Part shown: one piece after another, positions 23,066 to 33,762 of the stretch | How the letters are laid out: every line of letters starts with the position of its first letter | How positions within the stretch are numbered: position 1 is the first letter of the stretch | Assembly: GCF_001194135.2 (NCBI RefSeq) | Contig: NC_068988.1 | Coordinates: forward strand, 67,904,082 to 67,939,934 | DNA: 35,853 nucleotides | Direction: 5' to 3' | From: Octopus bimaculoides | Taxonomy: Eukaryota | Notes under the pieces: model-generated | The model's input: only the letters and a program-made list of their open reading frames with translations | Told to the model about the DNA's origin: nothing | Databases searched by the model: none | Position numbers and translations under genes: made by a program

Positions 23066-23916
23066 TTTGAATGGCCGTAGTTATTCAATAATGATTCAAT
23101 AAGAGATCTTGTATGCCGTTGCTGAAAATCGTCTTTCCCCCCCCCCACATACTGCTGCTTTCTGGGACTCTTCCTTAACTCTGATATTCAAATCTTTAAG
23201 CTTTCTCTCAATTGACATATTTTGAATGTGTGAGCCCCTTTTGTTTCTTTGTAGTCCTTTATATGTTATAGTGATCTCAAGCTTTGTTTGTGACAACATC
23301 ATACAATAGATAAAGGAAAACAACTTTGGGAACAAAAAGTATTATATATATAGAGAGAGAGAGAGACTGTGCTAGCGTACACGACAGTTACCATTGTATT
23401 AAACTCCCATATTCCACGTCTTGTGAGTTCATTCATTACACCTGGACATCGGCTAAAGTGCAATATCTTTATGAGTGATTTGATGGTTGATAGTCATACA
23501 TTCTAATCCACAGGAGCATCGATTTATTTTTAATGAAATTAACATCATCTAAAGACGTAGAATGAAAAGTTTAATCTTAGATAACCGTTTTTTATTAATT
23601 TGCTAATTTGCTCCCATTTTCTGATTTGGAATATTTTGCTAAGGTTAACTGTTATTTTTTACTTTGTTTTTTTTTTTTGTTTTTTTTTTTTTGCTAACAT
23701 TGTTTTGTGAGTAAAATGGCTGCCTCGCAAGACATGCTGGAGTTTTCCGTATTGAAATAAAATCAATGTTTACGAGTATTTCGAATATAAATAGTAGTTA
23801 GGTGTAATAAGACTTTGAAAATTGATTGATGTAATGTCTGTATTGAATGTTATTGAATCGATATTATAGTTCTCGATAAAGTTGTATCCTATTGAGTAAA
23901 TTGTTGTTCATGATTA

Positions 23917-23995
23917 ATGGCGATCTGGCGAAATCATTAGCAAGCCGGTCAAAATGCTTAGCAATATGTCATCCGTCATTGCATTCTGAGTTCAC
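23917..23995 (+). mobile_element. SINE family A head fragment
   Basis: ggcgatctggcgaaatcattagcaagccggtcaaaatgcttagc...ttctgagttca. Confidence 0.75.
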
Positions 23996-24045
23996 TTTAT
24001 ATACTGTATATGTGTGTGTATGTATTCTATATAATATATATGTTA

Positions 24046-24093
<48 letters not shown>

Positions 24094-24094
24094 C

Positions 24095-24300
24095 CTTTTA
24101 TTCTTTTGCTTGCTTCAGTCATTTGACTGCGGCCATGCAGGAGCACCGCCTTTAGTCGAACAAATCGACCCCAGTACTTATTCCTTGTAAGCCTAGTACT
24201 TATTCTAGCGGTCTCGTTTACCGAACCGTTAAGTTACGGGGATGTAAAGACGCAAACATCGGTAGTCAAGCGATGGTGAGGGGAGAAATACAGACACACA
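24095..24300 (-). mobile_element. SINE family B, 3' body
   Basis: ttcagtcatttgactgcggccatgcaggagcaccgcctttagtcgaacaaatcgacccc is the reverse complement of the 30660-30720 region. Confidence 0.88.
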
Positions 24301-24419
24301 AGCATATACATATATATACATAATATAAGCCAATCGACTCTTGTGTTGACCCATTCTATTCGTCTTCTCTTTTCCGGTTTTCATTCTATCTATTGTTAAC
24401 ACTTTGCACTTCGTAAGGT

Positions 24420-24710
24420 GTCAATCTAAGAATCAAGTCTTGGCAAGGTTGTTTATGGATGGCAGGCCAACAGTCGCGCATGCATAGTGGGCTCGCCTCT
24501 CCATGCCATCAATGTTATTCAAGAGAAAGGCAAAGACCGATATAGCTTGGCACCAGTGACTTTGCAACGCATTTCTACAGCTGAGTGAAATGGAGAAACG
24601 TGAAGTAAAGTGACTTGCTCATAACCACAACACACAGCCGGGTCTGTGAATGGAACGCAAAATCTCTTGCTTGTAAGCCCGACGCTCTAACAACTGAGTC
24701 ATGCCTTCAC
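24420..24710 (-). mobile_element. SINE family C (tRNA head plus CORE/Meta-like domain)
   Basis: The minus strand begins gtgaaggcatgactcagttgttagagcgtcgggcttacaag (tRNA-like), followed by ttgtggttatgagcaagtcactttacttcacgtttctccatttcactcagctg. Confidence 0.75.
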
Positions 24711-24772
24711 CATAGATATGTGTGTATATATGTGTCTGTGTATGTGTGTGTATGTGTGTATTTATATGTGTG

Positions 24773-24804
<32 letters not shown>

Positions 24805-26635
24805 CACTTACATATACACAAAAGTATACACGCACGCATACATAATGACATTGGAAATTTCCCAGGCACGCCAGCTGCAAAAGGAGTGTACAGTTAAATA
24901 CTGACGGTAGTGAGCTGTAAGTAATTTTACACCAAATTGAAATTATAATCCCAAGGAGAATAAAAATATGTAATTATCCTTAATGAAAATTACTCCCAAA
25001 CGTATCAAAGAAGAGAACATTTGTAATTACATTTGACCACGATTTAAATGTAGCTATGAAGTGTTGGGAGGGGAAAATGGTGAGTCCGGTTTTTGATGAT
25101 TATTGTGCCTTTGGAGGGTAATTATTTTCATTAGATGTAATGATTTTCTTCTCATTACAAGTATAACTTTAGTAAAATAAAAAAAGTTATTTTCAGCCTG
25201 ACTAGTTTAAGTGTTAGCCTTAACGTAAACGTATTCTTTTCATGCAAAAAAAATCCTCTTGCAAAAACTTCCAATACCATAATTTAATTTTGAGTAGACT
25301 GGGCTTCGCTGAGGAGAACCAATCTAACCGAAACATGCCCGGCGTTGTCTCTATAGCTGCTAAAGATCATATTCAGTCCCTATATTTCATCTCTCTATAT
25401 AAGTTTTGATTAATTCAAATCTTGGAGCTTCCCTCCTTTATATGCCGAAATTTATTGCAAGTGATTCAAAATGTTTTTAACTTATAACCTTAACATTCTT
25501 CTTATCCTGTGTATCACATGGCGTCCATGCTTCATATATGATACATATTCCCAATTTTTAAACTTTGCAATTTGGATTTTATGAAGGAAAGCTTCATGTT
25601 GCTCAGAACGTATGAAACAAGGGTTACCTAAATGTCTGAAAGACAAACGTGGACGTCTAAGACAAACTTACTCATCCGCTGAGAATATATCCAAAAAAAT
25701 GCTTATATACATTAATTCATATTTAAGCAATCATCGATCTACATCGCACAGTACGTTTCCTGACATTTGAATTTAATAGCTTCCTCTGTCGTGTTTTCGT
25801 ACCTTCCAAACTTAATCATATCTGTATCGTTTGATAACGCTCCTTGTTCACATATCACACCCGTAGCTGCCAATTATTTTCTAAATCCTTTAAGGTTTCT
25901 CCCGTCTGCATTAAACATTCCCAAATTAATTCAAACCTTTTGCATCCCATTATCAGTACATTATCGTTACTAATGAAATATTATTAGCTTCTTCAAACTG
26001 TCTTCATCTTTTGACACAACAGCGTATATAGACCATGAAAATACAAACTCTAGGGGGAAATCATTTGTCCATTATAACATGTAACTATTCAAAACAAAAC
26101 ATTTTAAGGTTAAGTAGTACGTTTTGCACTTTATAATCTCGGAGGTGCAATAAACTTGTGCAGCATCTTGGGGACGAGTTTTCTACCAGTTGCTCTTATC
26201 AACCAAAACCTTATCAATGAAATTCGATAAACAGATACGGGCAGAAGCACCTTCTAAGAACCCCGAGTGTTTGAAGATGGTAAGCGAAATCAAGTTTGCG
26301 GCTTAATTATCGTCTGGTACCAAGTTTATTATATTCGAAGACTACAAATCCAATCCATCACTGGAACTGTAAAAATCTGTAAAACTTACCGGAAGTTTAT
26401 CATTTAAAATACATATGAGTATGTGTAGATATGTAACTATATGCATGAGAATATATACATAAAGCGAAACATACAAATCTGCACATAGACATACATACAT
26501 GCAAATAAACAAAAATACCCTGTTGTTTTATGTTGAAATTCCAATGAAGGAGCCTTGGATCTAGGTTAGAAACCGGCTCTTTCTCTATTGGCAAGAAATC
26601 GTGAAATAAAACTGAATGATGACATACATACATGC

Positions 26636-26666
<31 letters not shown>

Positions 26667-26857
26667 NNNNNNNNNNNNNNNNNNNNNNNNNNNNNNNNNN
26701 NNNNNNNNNNNNNNNNNNNNNNNNNNNNNNNNNNNNNNNNNNNNNNNNNNNNNNNNNNNNNNNNNNNNNNNNNNNNNNNNNNNNNNNNNNNNNNNNNNNN
26801 NNNNNNNNNNNNNNNNNNNNNNNNNNNNNNNNNNNNNNNNNNNNNNNNNNNNNNNNN
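26667..26857. other. Assembly gap (191 N)
   Basis: N run between (TA)n and (GA)n. Confidence 1.
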
Positions 26858-27525
26858 AGAGAGAGAGAGAGAGAGAGATGTATGTATGCATGTATGTATG
26901 TATGTACATATACTTTTCTATCTCTATACTTTTTCTGTCATTTTTTTTCTAATTTTCGAAGTTGAATAATGATGCATTAACCAGTCAGATTCTCGTCTTT
27001 CTTCAATGGAGTCTTTGGTTTTCAATTAAATACAATTATTTTATTCATATTTCCTTTTTTTTTTCTTCTTCTTTTACTGTTGTTGTTGTTGAGAAGCCCA
27101 ATGCAGTTTGATTTCTCTCTCTTATAGAATTAGAATTCATCTCTTACCTGGGTCAGTTCCTTGCTTTAAATAACACAAAAAAAGAAGTAAAACCAAATAT
27201 GTAAACTCTGAAATGCGGTGATTCTAAAGAAATAAAGAAATCCAATAGCCTTTTAATGGAAACATATTGGGAATGGTAAATCTTACTTCATGGAACAATG
27301 TAAATTGACCTTGATTGTGTTGTTACTTTGTTGTTGCTGTTGTTGTTGTGTGTTACAGTGTGTGTAAGTGTGCGCGTTGGTATTTGTGTACGTGTGTTGA
27401 AGTGCGAGTGACTGTGTGCGTTGGAAAGTGTATCTATCTATACGTTGGATTGTGTATATACATGTGTGTAAACGTGTGTGTGTATGTGTGTGTGCGTGTG
27501 TGTGTGTAGTTAGTTACACTCGATG

Positions 27526-27815
27526 ATGTAAACTAGTAAACGAAAATCGAAGTTAAAATGACGCTGAATTGATTCGGTAGTATTTCCGAACCGAAACTGT
27601 TGTTTCTTATTAGCAATAGCTCCCCCTATATAGTGACGTCACTGCCATAGAGGTAGAGAGAAACATGGTTAGATTGTCGGTTACCTACACTGAAGATTCA
27701 GTAGGTGTTTCTTCTCTCACACTACCACAAACTTGAAATTTGTTCCTGAATAAAACGAACTGAACACCCGACGCTTAACCTCACGTGAAGGTGAGTCGAA
27801 GTCGTAGTGTAGCAC
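27526..27815. promoter_or_regulatory. Promoter-like or solo-LTR-like segment with a palindromic CRE site
   Basis: TATATA at about 27627, AGTGACGTCACT palindrome at 27632-27643, AATAAA at about 27749, TCACGTGA at 27781-27788 and AAG|GTGAGT donor at 27791/27792. No TSD was found. Confidence 0.3.
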
Positions 27816-28329
27816 ATAAGCATAGATGTATCTATGTGTTTAGTGATACTGTTTCAAAATAAGTAGAAGAACTTTGGGTTAGTCACATGGAATATTTTAA
27901 TATGCAAAACGTGGGACAAACCCGTATTTCACTTCTATCCAGAATATATTTCAGAACTCCAGAATATTTTATTTCACAATGTAAGAGCGCATCTTTTCAT
28001 ACGTGTCTGACGAAATGGCCCACCACTGTAATCAACCGCAAATATTACGTATCTTTTCGCATGGATTCATCTACATGTAATAACGTTAAAAACTGAGTGG
28101 TACCGAAATAATTGTAACTAATAATAAAGATGAGTTGAATTCATTCTTCGTCTTCTTATTTGGATTTTATGATATATTCTGAACATGAATTCAGTTCTTG
28201 AAATAATTGGTAGATGTGCACTAGATAATCTCATGCGTGGTAGCTGGATCTGTTAGGAACAACATCTGTAAATCTCTCGATTCTTCATCTTTAAAAAGTG
28301 AAGGACACAGTTTTGAAATATATTGTCTC

Positions 28330-28680
28330 GAAGACTAGGTGATCCCAGAAAATCAAAGAGAGTGACGAGCGTCTTGCTAACCCCAACAGAACAGTTACTG
28401 TGACGTTTTGTTATAATCGTTGGTTCTTGAACTTAGGATTTGGAGAAGTAATATGGTATGTTTTATGTTTACATGGAGCAAAATTTTTTTCTGCATCATA
28501 AAGATACAATTTAGTTTCATCCACTGTCACCAGAACGAAAACAGACGTGATTTCATTGGCTTCAAATGCTTCCAGGAGATCAGAGATGATTTGCACATTC
28601 TTCACTTAAAACTAGGTGTCAACTGCCGAGGTACTCACTTTGCTCACACTTTCCGCTACCCAAAGTCTGCCACCCTCTTT
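28330..28680 (-). mobile_element. Tc1/mariner transposase fossil
   Basis: The minus strand reads FG*RKV*AK*VPRQLTP (consensus LG.RKVSARWVPR.LT), then LVTVDETKLYLYDAEK...HITSPNPKFKNQ (IVTGDETWVY.YDPE...SP.PKKFK), then LIFWDH (FWD motif). Multiple stops and frameshifts are present. Confidence 0.85.
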
Positions 28681-29796
28681 TGTAATGCATTGCAACTACA
28701 ATCCAGTTACATATATATATATGTATGTATATTTGTATGTATGTATATATGCAATGTGAGATAAAAGTTTTAATATTGAAACTATCATCTCACATTATAA
28801 TTTATATTTGACAAGTAATACCGAAACAATGAAAGAAATTGCTCCGGCTCGCATTAGACAACAAACATGAAAAATATTTTGGCCCATGCCACTCAATGGA
28901 CACTAAGTAGTGCATGTGTAAAATATAAATGAAACCGGTTGGATAGTTCTCGAGTTTTAGTGATGCACACATACACACCGACAGAAAGACGGACGGACAG
29001 ACAGACATACAGACGGACATACAGACAGACACAGACACACATTCTCAGTTTTATATATATTGATAAGAGTGCTTTCCACCGAAATTAAACGAGCAACGTT
29101 CATGCACGCACATACATCACTCAGCCGTTACTGTTCTCCTCCATCTCTTCGTTATATGGCGAGGAGTAGGAGGAGGAAGCAGCAGAATGACAAGTCGTTA
29201 CTATGAGAGAAAAAAAGAAGGAAAAACAAAGAATCGTCTTTTCACCTTTACAAAAAATCGCCCGTAGAAACTATCCACAATACACTAGAACAACCACAAG
29301 AATATGAAGAACAAGAGAAAACGAAAACAAAACAAAAACTAATGCACAACAACACGGCAACAAGAAAAGCACAACCAACTCATACGCAATGCCAATTGCA
29401 AGAAAATGAACGAAGCAGCAAGAACAACAACAACACCATATTCCTCAAAGAATTGTTACATTCCATTTTGTATTTTCTTTTTTGTGTATTTTTTTTTTTT
29501 GGTGTTTTTTACTCTCTTTTTTCCAGACTTGACTCTACAGAAAACTGCTCCAAGTATTTTTTTTCTATTACCGCACTGTATTTGATGTGAAAGGAATTGT
29601 TTTGATTTTTGTACAATCTTTGTTACTACTGGCCCCACTACGGCTGCTATTGTTATTGTTGTTGTTACTGTTGTTATTTCGACAGTGGACTTGGTTGTGG
29701 CGATGGAAGTGATGGTGGAGAAGATAAAGTACAGTAAGAGAAAATGGCCTTTCGTGTTGTTGTTGTTGCTGTTGCTTTCAGTAGTCAGAGTGGTAC

Positions 29797-29861
<65 letters not shown>
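29797..29861. repeat. (ATT)n microsatellite
   Basis: Directly visible, immediately 5' of a SINE head. Confidence 0.98.
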
Positions 29862-29863
<2 letters not shown>

Positions 29864-29990
29864 GGCGGCGAGCTGGGAGAATCGTTAGCACGCCGGGCGA
29901 AATGCTTAGTGGTATTTCATCTATCTACGTTCTAAGTTCAAATACCGCCGAGGTCGACTTTGCCTTTCATCCCTTCGGGGTCGATAAATT
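29862..29990 (+). mobile_element. SINE family A 5' part, best-preserved copy
   Basis: ggcggcgagctgggagaatcgttagcacgccgggcgaaatgcttag (A-box-like) ... aagttcaaataccgccgagg (B-box-like). Confidence 0.9.
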
Positions 29991-30109
29991 GTGTGTATGT
30001 GTTTGTGTGTGCCTATGTTATTGTGTGTATGTTATTGTGTGTGTTTGTTATGGTGTGTGTTGTGTTGTGTGTGTGTGTGTGTCTGTGTGTATGTGTGTGT
30101 GTGTGTGTG

Positions 30110-30300
30110 TACTACCACCTGAAGACCTATTTGGCTTTGTTTAGATTTATATAACTTAGTTGTTCGGCAAAAGACACCGATAGAATAAGTATCAGGCTTA
30201 AAGAATCAAGTCCCGTGGTCGCTTTGTTCAACTAAACCTATCAAGGTGGTGCCCCAGCATGGACGTACTCCAATGACTGAAACGAGAAAAAGATAAACGA
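30110..30300 (+). mobile_element. SINE family B, 3' body
   Basis: ttcggcaaaagacaccgatagaataagtatcaggctt...gtggtgccccagcatgg...tgactgaaacgag. Confidence 0.8.
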
Positions 30301-30324
30301 AAGTGCATCGATGAATAAATTTTC

Positions 30325-30467
30325 CAAAGAAACTTGCTTCCCAAACACATGGTTCCGGGTTCAGTCCCATTGCGTGCCACCTTGGGCAAATGTCATCTGC
30401 TATAATTTTGGGCCGACCAAAGCCTTGTGAGTAGATTTGGTTGACGGAAACTGAAAGAAGCACGACG

Positions 30468-30502
<35 letters not shown>

Positions 30503-30725
30503 ATATTTATATGTATGTATGTATTTGTATGTATTTGTGCGTCTGTGTTTGTCCCCCCACATCATCGCTTGACAACCGATATTGGTGTGTTTAGGTCCCC
30601 GTAACAATAGCGGTTCGGCAAAAAGAGACCGATAGAATAAGTACTAGGAATAAGTCCTGGGGTCGATTTGTTCGACTAAAGGCGGTGCTGCAGCATGGCC
30701 ACAGTCTGAAACAAGTAAAAGGATG
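30325..30725 (+). mobile_element. Near full-length SINE family B with internal (TA)n/(ATGT)n
   Basis: tRNA-like head (ggttccgggttcagtccc), CORE-like ccttgggcaaatgtcatctgctata, internal microsatellite at 30467-30535, then the 3' body. Confidence 0.9.
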
Positions 30726-31014
30726 AAAAAATACCTTCTCCATTTTAAAGAAAATGACTAACATTGACTACTGTTTCTTGCAGTCCAGTAACTTTATAGA
30801 GAGAGACTCTCGTTGATTCACGTTTTGATTTTTGGTTTTTACATTTAAACCTGAGCAAATATGTATTATCGATGGTTCTTTTGAGAGAATGCCAATTCTC
30901 GGAAATCAAACGGACATTCGCAAAGAACGGTGGGAGGAACAGTTTAAAGACGAAAATGATTTATAGGGTGAGCTGCCCTCATTACTACCTTATCGTCTGA
31001 TGTAAAAGTTTTAA

Positions 31015-31016
31015 TC

Positions 31017-31055
<39 letters not shown>

Positions 31056-31547
31056 TCTCACTTTTTCTCTTCTCACTCTCTCTTCCTTTCTCTCTCTCTT
31101 TCTCTCACTCTTGCTCTCTCTTTCTTTCTCACTCTTTTTCTCTCCTCTATTTATTTCTCTCTCTCACTCTCTCTCTTTCTCTCTCTTTTTCTCTCCCCTA
31201 TTTCCTTCTCTCTCTCTTTCTCTCTCACTTCCACTCTCTCTTTCTCTCTCTCTCTTCTTTCTTTCTCTATTTCTCTCTCTCTTTCTTTCTCACTTCCACT
31301 CTCTCTTTCTCTTTCTCTTCCTCTTTCTTTCTCTATTTCTCTCTCTCTCTCTTTCTCCTTCTCTTCCACTCTCTCCCTCTCTTCCTATCTCTCTCTTTCT
31401 CTTTCTTTTCCTCATTCTCTCTCCCTCTCTCTCTCTCTTCCACTATCTCTTTCTCATTCTGTCTCCTTCTCTCTCCTCTCCCTCTCTCTCTCTTTTTCTC
31501 TCTTTCTCATTCTATCTCCCTCTCTCCCCTTTCCCTCTCTCTCTTAC
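31015..31547. repeat. About 530-bp degenerate CT-rich polypyrimidine tract
   Basis: Directly visible. It gives the SLSL/ERER ORFs. Confidence 0.95.
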
Positions 31548-31777
31548 ACACACACACGCACACACACACACACAAACACACATACACACTAAACACACGC
31601 AGAAAGCTGTCTTTGTATATCATACACACCCAGAAACACGCTAATAGCTTAGGAGTGAAATGTTGCATTTCTCGGTTTTCTGTGAATCGATTTTGATAGA
31701 ACTTTTCCCAGCTGGTCTGCACACTATGGCAACACTATTGTTATGTTCTCATTATTCTGTGTAACGTTTCCTTTTTA

Positions 31778-31952
31778 TTTCAGATTCTTCATCTTTTGGC
31801 TGAACCATACTAATGGTGTCTCTCCTCTTTAAGAACAATGGGACGTGTAAAACGCCTTAACGTCTGTCCTTTCAGATTCTTCAGTTTTGGGGTGAACCAC
31901 AATAATAGCGTCTCTCCTCTCGAAGAACAATGGGGCGTGGAAAAGGCCTTAA
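31778..31952 (+). repeat. Tandem duplication, 92-bp unit x2
   Basis: cagattcttca starts at 31781 and 31873, and the units share tgaacca, gtctctcctct, aagaacaatggg and gccttaac. Identity is roughly 80%. Confidence 0.9.
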
Positions 31953-31970
31953 CATTTAAGAAAAGTCCGT

Positions 31971-32042
<72 letters not shown>
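31971..32042. repeat. (AGAT)n microsatellite
   Basis: Directly visible. Confidence 0.98.
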
Positions 32043-32043
<1 letters not shown>

Positions 32044-32133
32044 CAGACAGATATAATGAGCTTCCGTCCATTGTCCATCTGCCAACTTCACTTACTACTT
32101 ACAAGGCTTCGCTCGTCTCTGATATATACTGGT

Positions 32134-32419
32134 CCTCCGTCGGTTACGGCGACGAATGTTCCAGTTGATCCGATCAACAGAACAGCCTGCTCATGAATTT
32201 AATGTGGAAGTGGCTGAATACTCCACAGACACGCGTACCCTTAACGTAATTCTCAAGGGGGTTCAGCGTGACACCGAATATGACAAGGTTGACCCTTTCG
32301 AATTACAGGTACAACTCATTTTTGCCAGCTGAGTGGACTGGAGCAACGAGATATAAAGCGTCTTACTCAAGGACACGACCTTACGTTCGTGAGTCGCATA
32401 CCTCAACCCCTCAGCCATG
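32134..32419 (-). mobile_element. SINE (family C-type head and central domain with a distinct 3' tail)
   Basis: The minus strand reads catggctgaggggttgagg..., gtgtccttgagtaagacgctttatatctcgttgctccagtccactcagctggcaaaaatgagt..., gatcggatcaactggaac. It is highly similar to 33541-33762. Confidence 0.85.
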
Positions 32420-32844
32420 TACATTCATACACACAGACACGTAAATGTGAGTATATTTTTATGCAGGCATATAGCCACATAAGCACATTTATATATTCTA
32501 TTATTTTTCTCGCTTATAACTTGGTGTGGTTAGAAATTTCTCTCCTGTGGCGGATGGATCAAAGCCCTTTTATGAACGAAGTCTTCATTAAATGTTGGAA
32601 GCAATCTTTGTTTATTGTTTGATTAAGCAATCCAAGAAAACTGTTTAGTTATCACATGAGAGGATACGAGTCTATTAGCTCTGGGGAAATTATATGAAGT
32701 AGAGCTAATGGGTGAAGCTCAGTACGTTCGCTTGACACGCTGACAATAGTATCCATATCTCCCTCAATCACACCTTAATCTGAATAATGTAATGTTGTCT
32801 GGTATCTGCTAGATCAGGAATCTGCTAGATCGGACTTGATTTCA

Positions 32845-33140
32845 GTGATAACAGCAATAACAATTTTAGTAGCGACGGCAGCCATACTTGTAGCGGTGAT
32901 AAGGACGAAAGCAATAACAAGGGCATCGTCATCATCAACAACAGCAACAATATCCTCATCATCATCATCATCATCACCATCATCATCATCATTATCATTA
33001 TTATCGACAACAACAGTAGCTGCAACACCAACACTAGTGGTAGCAATAATGACGAAAACAACAACAAGGACATCATCATCATCATCATCATCACCATTAT
33101 CACCATCATCATCAACAACAACAACTACAACAAACGATGT
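32845..33140. repeat. (CAT)n/(CAA)n trinucleotide low-complexity region
   Basis: Directly visible, with a partial internal duplication (gataaggacgaaagcaataacaagggcatc vs aataatgacgaaaacaacaacaaggacatc). Confidence 0.85.
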
Positions 33141-33394
33141 CAACAACTCGAAATATATTTCATTATATATCTCAGAGAAGGCGTTGTATTCGATGTTCGG
33201 TATTTTTGTTCATGCTTTCTCGCGTCAGGATGTTGGAATTGCGGAAATCACAAGAATATTGGGGAAAATCCTGTGCAGTTCTTAGGCCAATTTATGCTGT
33301 CAGTTAAAATCTTACCATAGGGACTTTGGATGTAATAATACCAGGACCGATAATAAAAATACCAATCCATTTCTAGGATAGATGTGTGAATTTT

Positions 33395-33506
33395 CGTAGC
33401 TTAGTGGTCACGGTATTCTTCTCACGATAGTAAGGCCGTGAGTTCGATCCACAGCGGTGCCTTGTGTCCTTCAGCAAGACACTTTATTTCACGTTTACTC
33501 CGGTAC
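33395..33506 (+). mobile_element. SINE 5' fragment (tRNA head plus start of central domain)
   Basis: gtagcttagtgg (A-box), gagttcgatcc (B-box), ttgtgtccttcagcaagacactttatttcacgtt. Confidence 0.8.
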
Positions 33507-33540
33507 GTATATATATGCAATTTAATTCACTCTTCTTGGC

Positions 33541-33762
33541 ACTCCGTCGGTTACAAAGACAAGTGTTCCAGTTGATCCGATCAACAGAATAGCCTGCTCG
33601 TGAAATTAACATGCAAGTGGCTGAGCACTCCACAGACACACGTACCCTAAATGTAGTTCTCAGGGGAATTCAGTATGACACAAAATGTGACAAGGCTGGC
33701 CTAGTTGTAATTACTGGTACAACTCATTTTTGCCAGCTGAGTGGACTGAAGCAACGTGAAAT
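33541..33762 (-). mobile_element. SINE 3' body, same family as 32134-32419
   Basis: ctccgtcggttac...tgttccagttgatccgatcaacagaa.agcctgctc...ggtacaactcatttttgccagctgagtggactg.agcaacg. Confidence 0.88.

Noticed and set aside
28753-28796. 44-nt hairpin (aatgtgagat/atctcacatt)
   Set aside because: It is short and AT-rich, within chance expectation.
31111-31644. 177-aa Leu/Ser/Phe-rich ORF
   Set aside because: It is a translation of the CT tract.
31778-31952. Regularly spaced repeats as a possible CRISPR-like array
   Set aside because: There are only two contiguous units and no unique spacers. The DNA is eukaryotic, and no cas genes are present anywhere in the window.
32814-33285. Overlapping poly-Asp, poly-Met and poly-Ser/Thr ORFs on both strands
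   Set aside because: This is trinucleotide low-complexity DNA that is open in several frames, with no domain or splice support.
33395-33460. tRNA-like sequences (also at 24640-24710 and 29862-29950)
   Set aside because: They have A and B boxes but no complete cloverleaf, and they run into SINE bodies. They are SINE heads, not tRNA genes.
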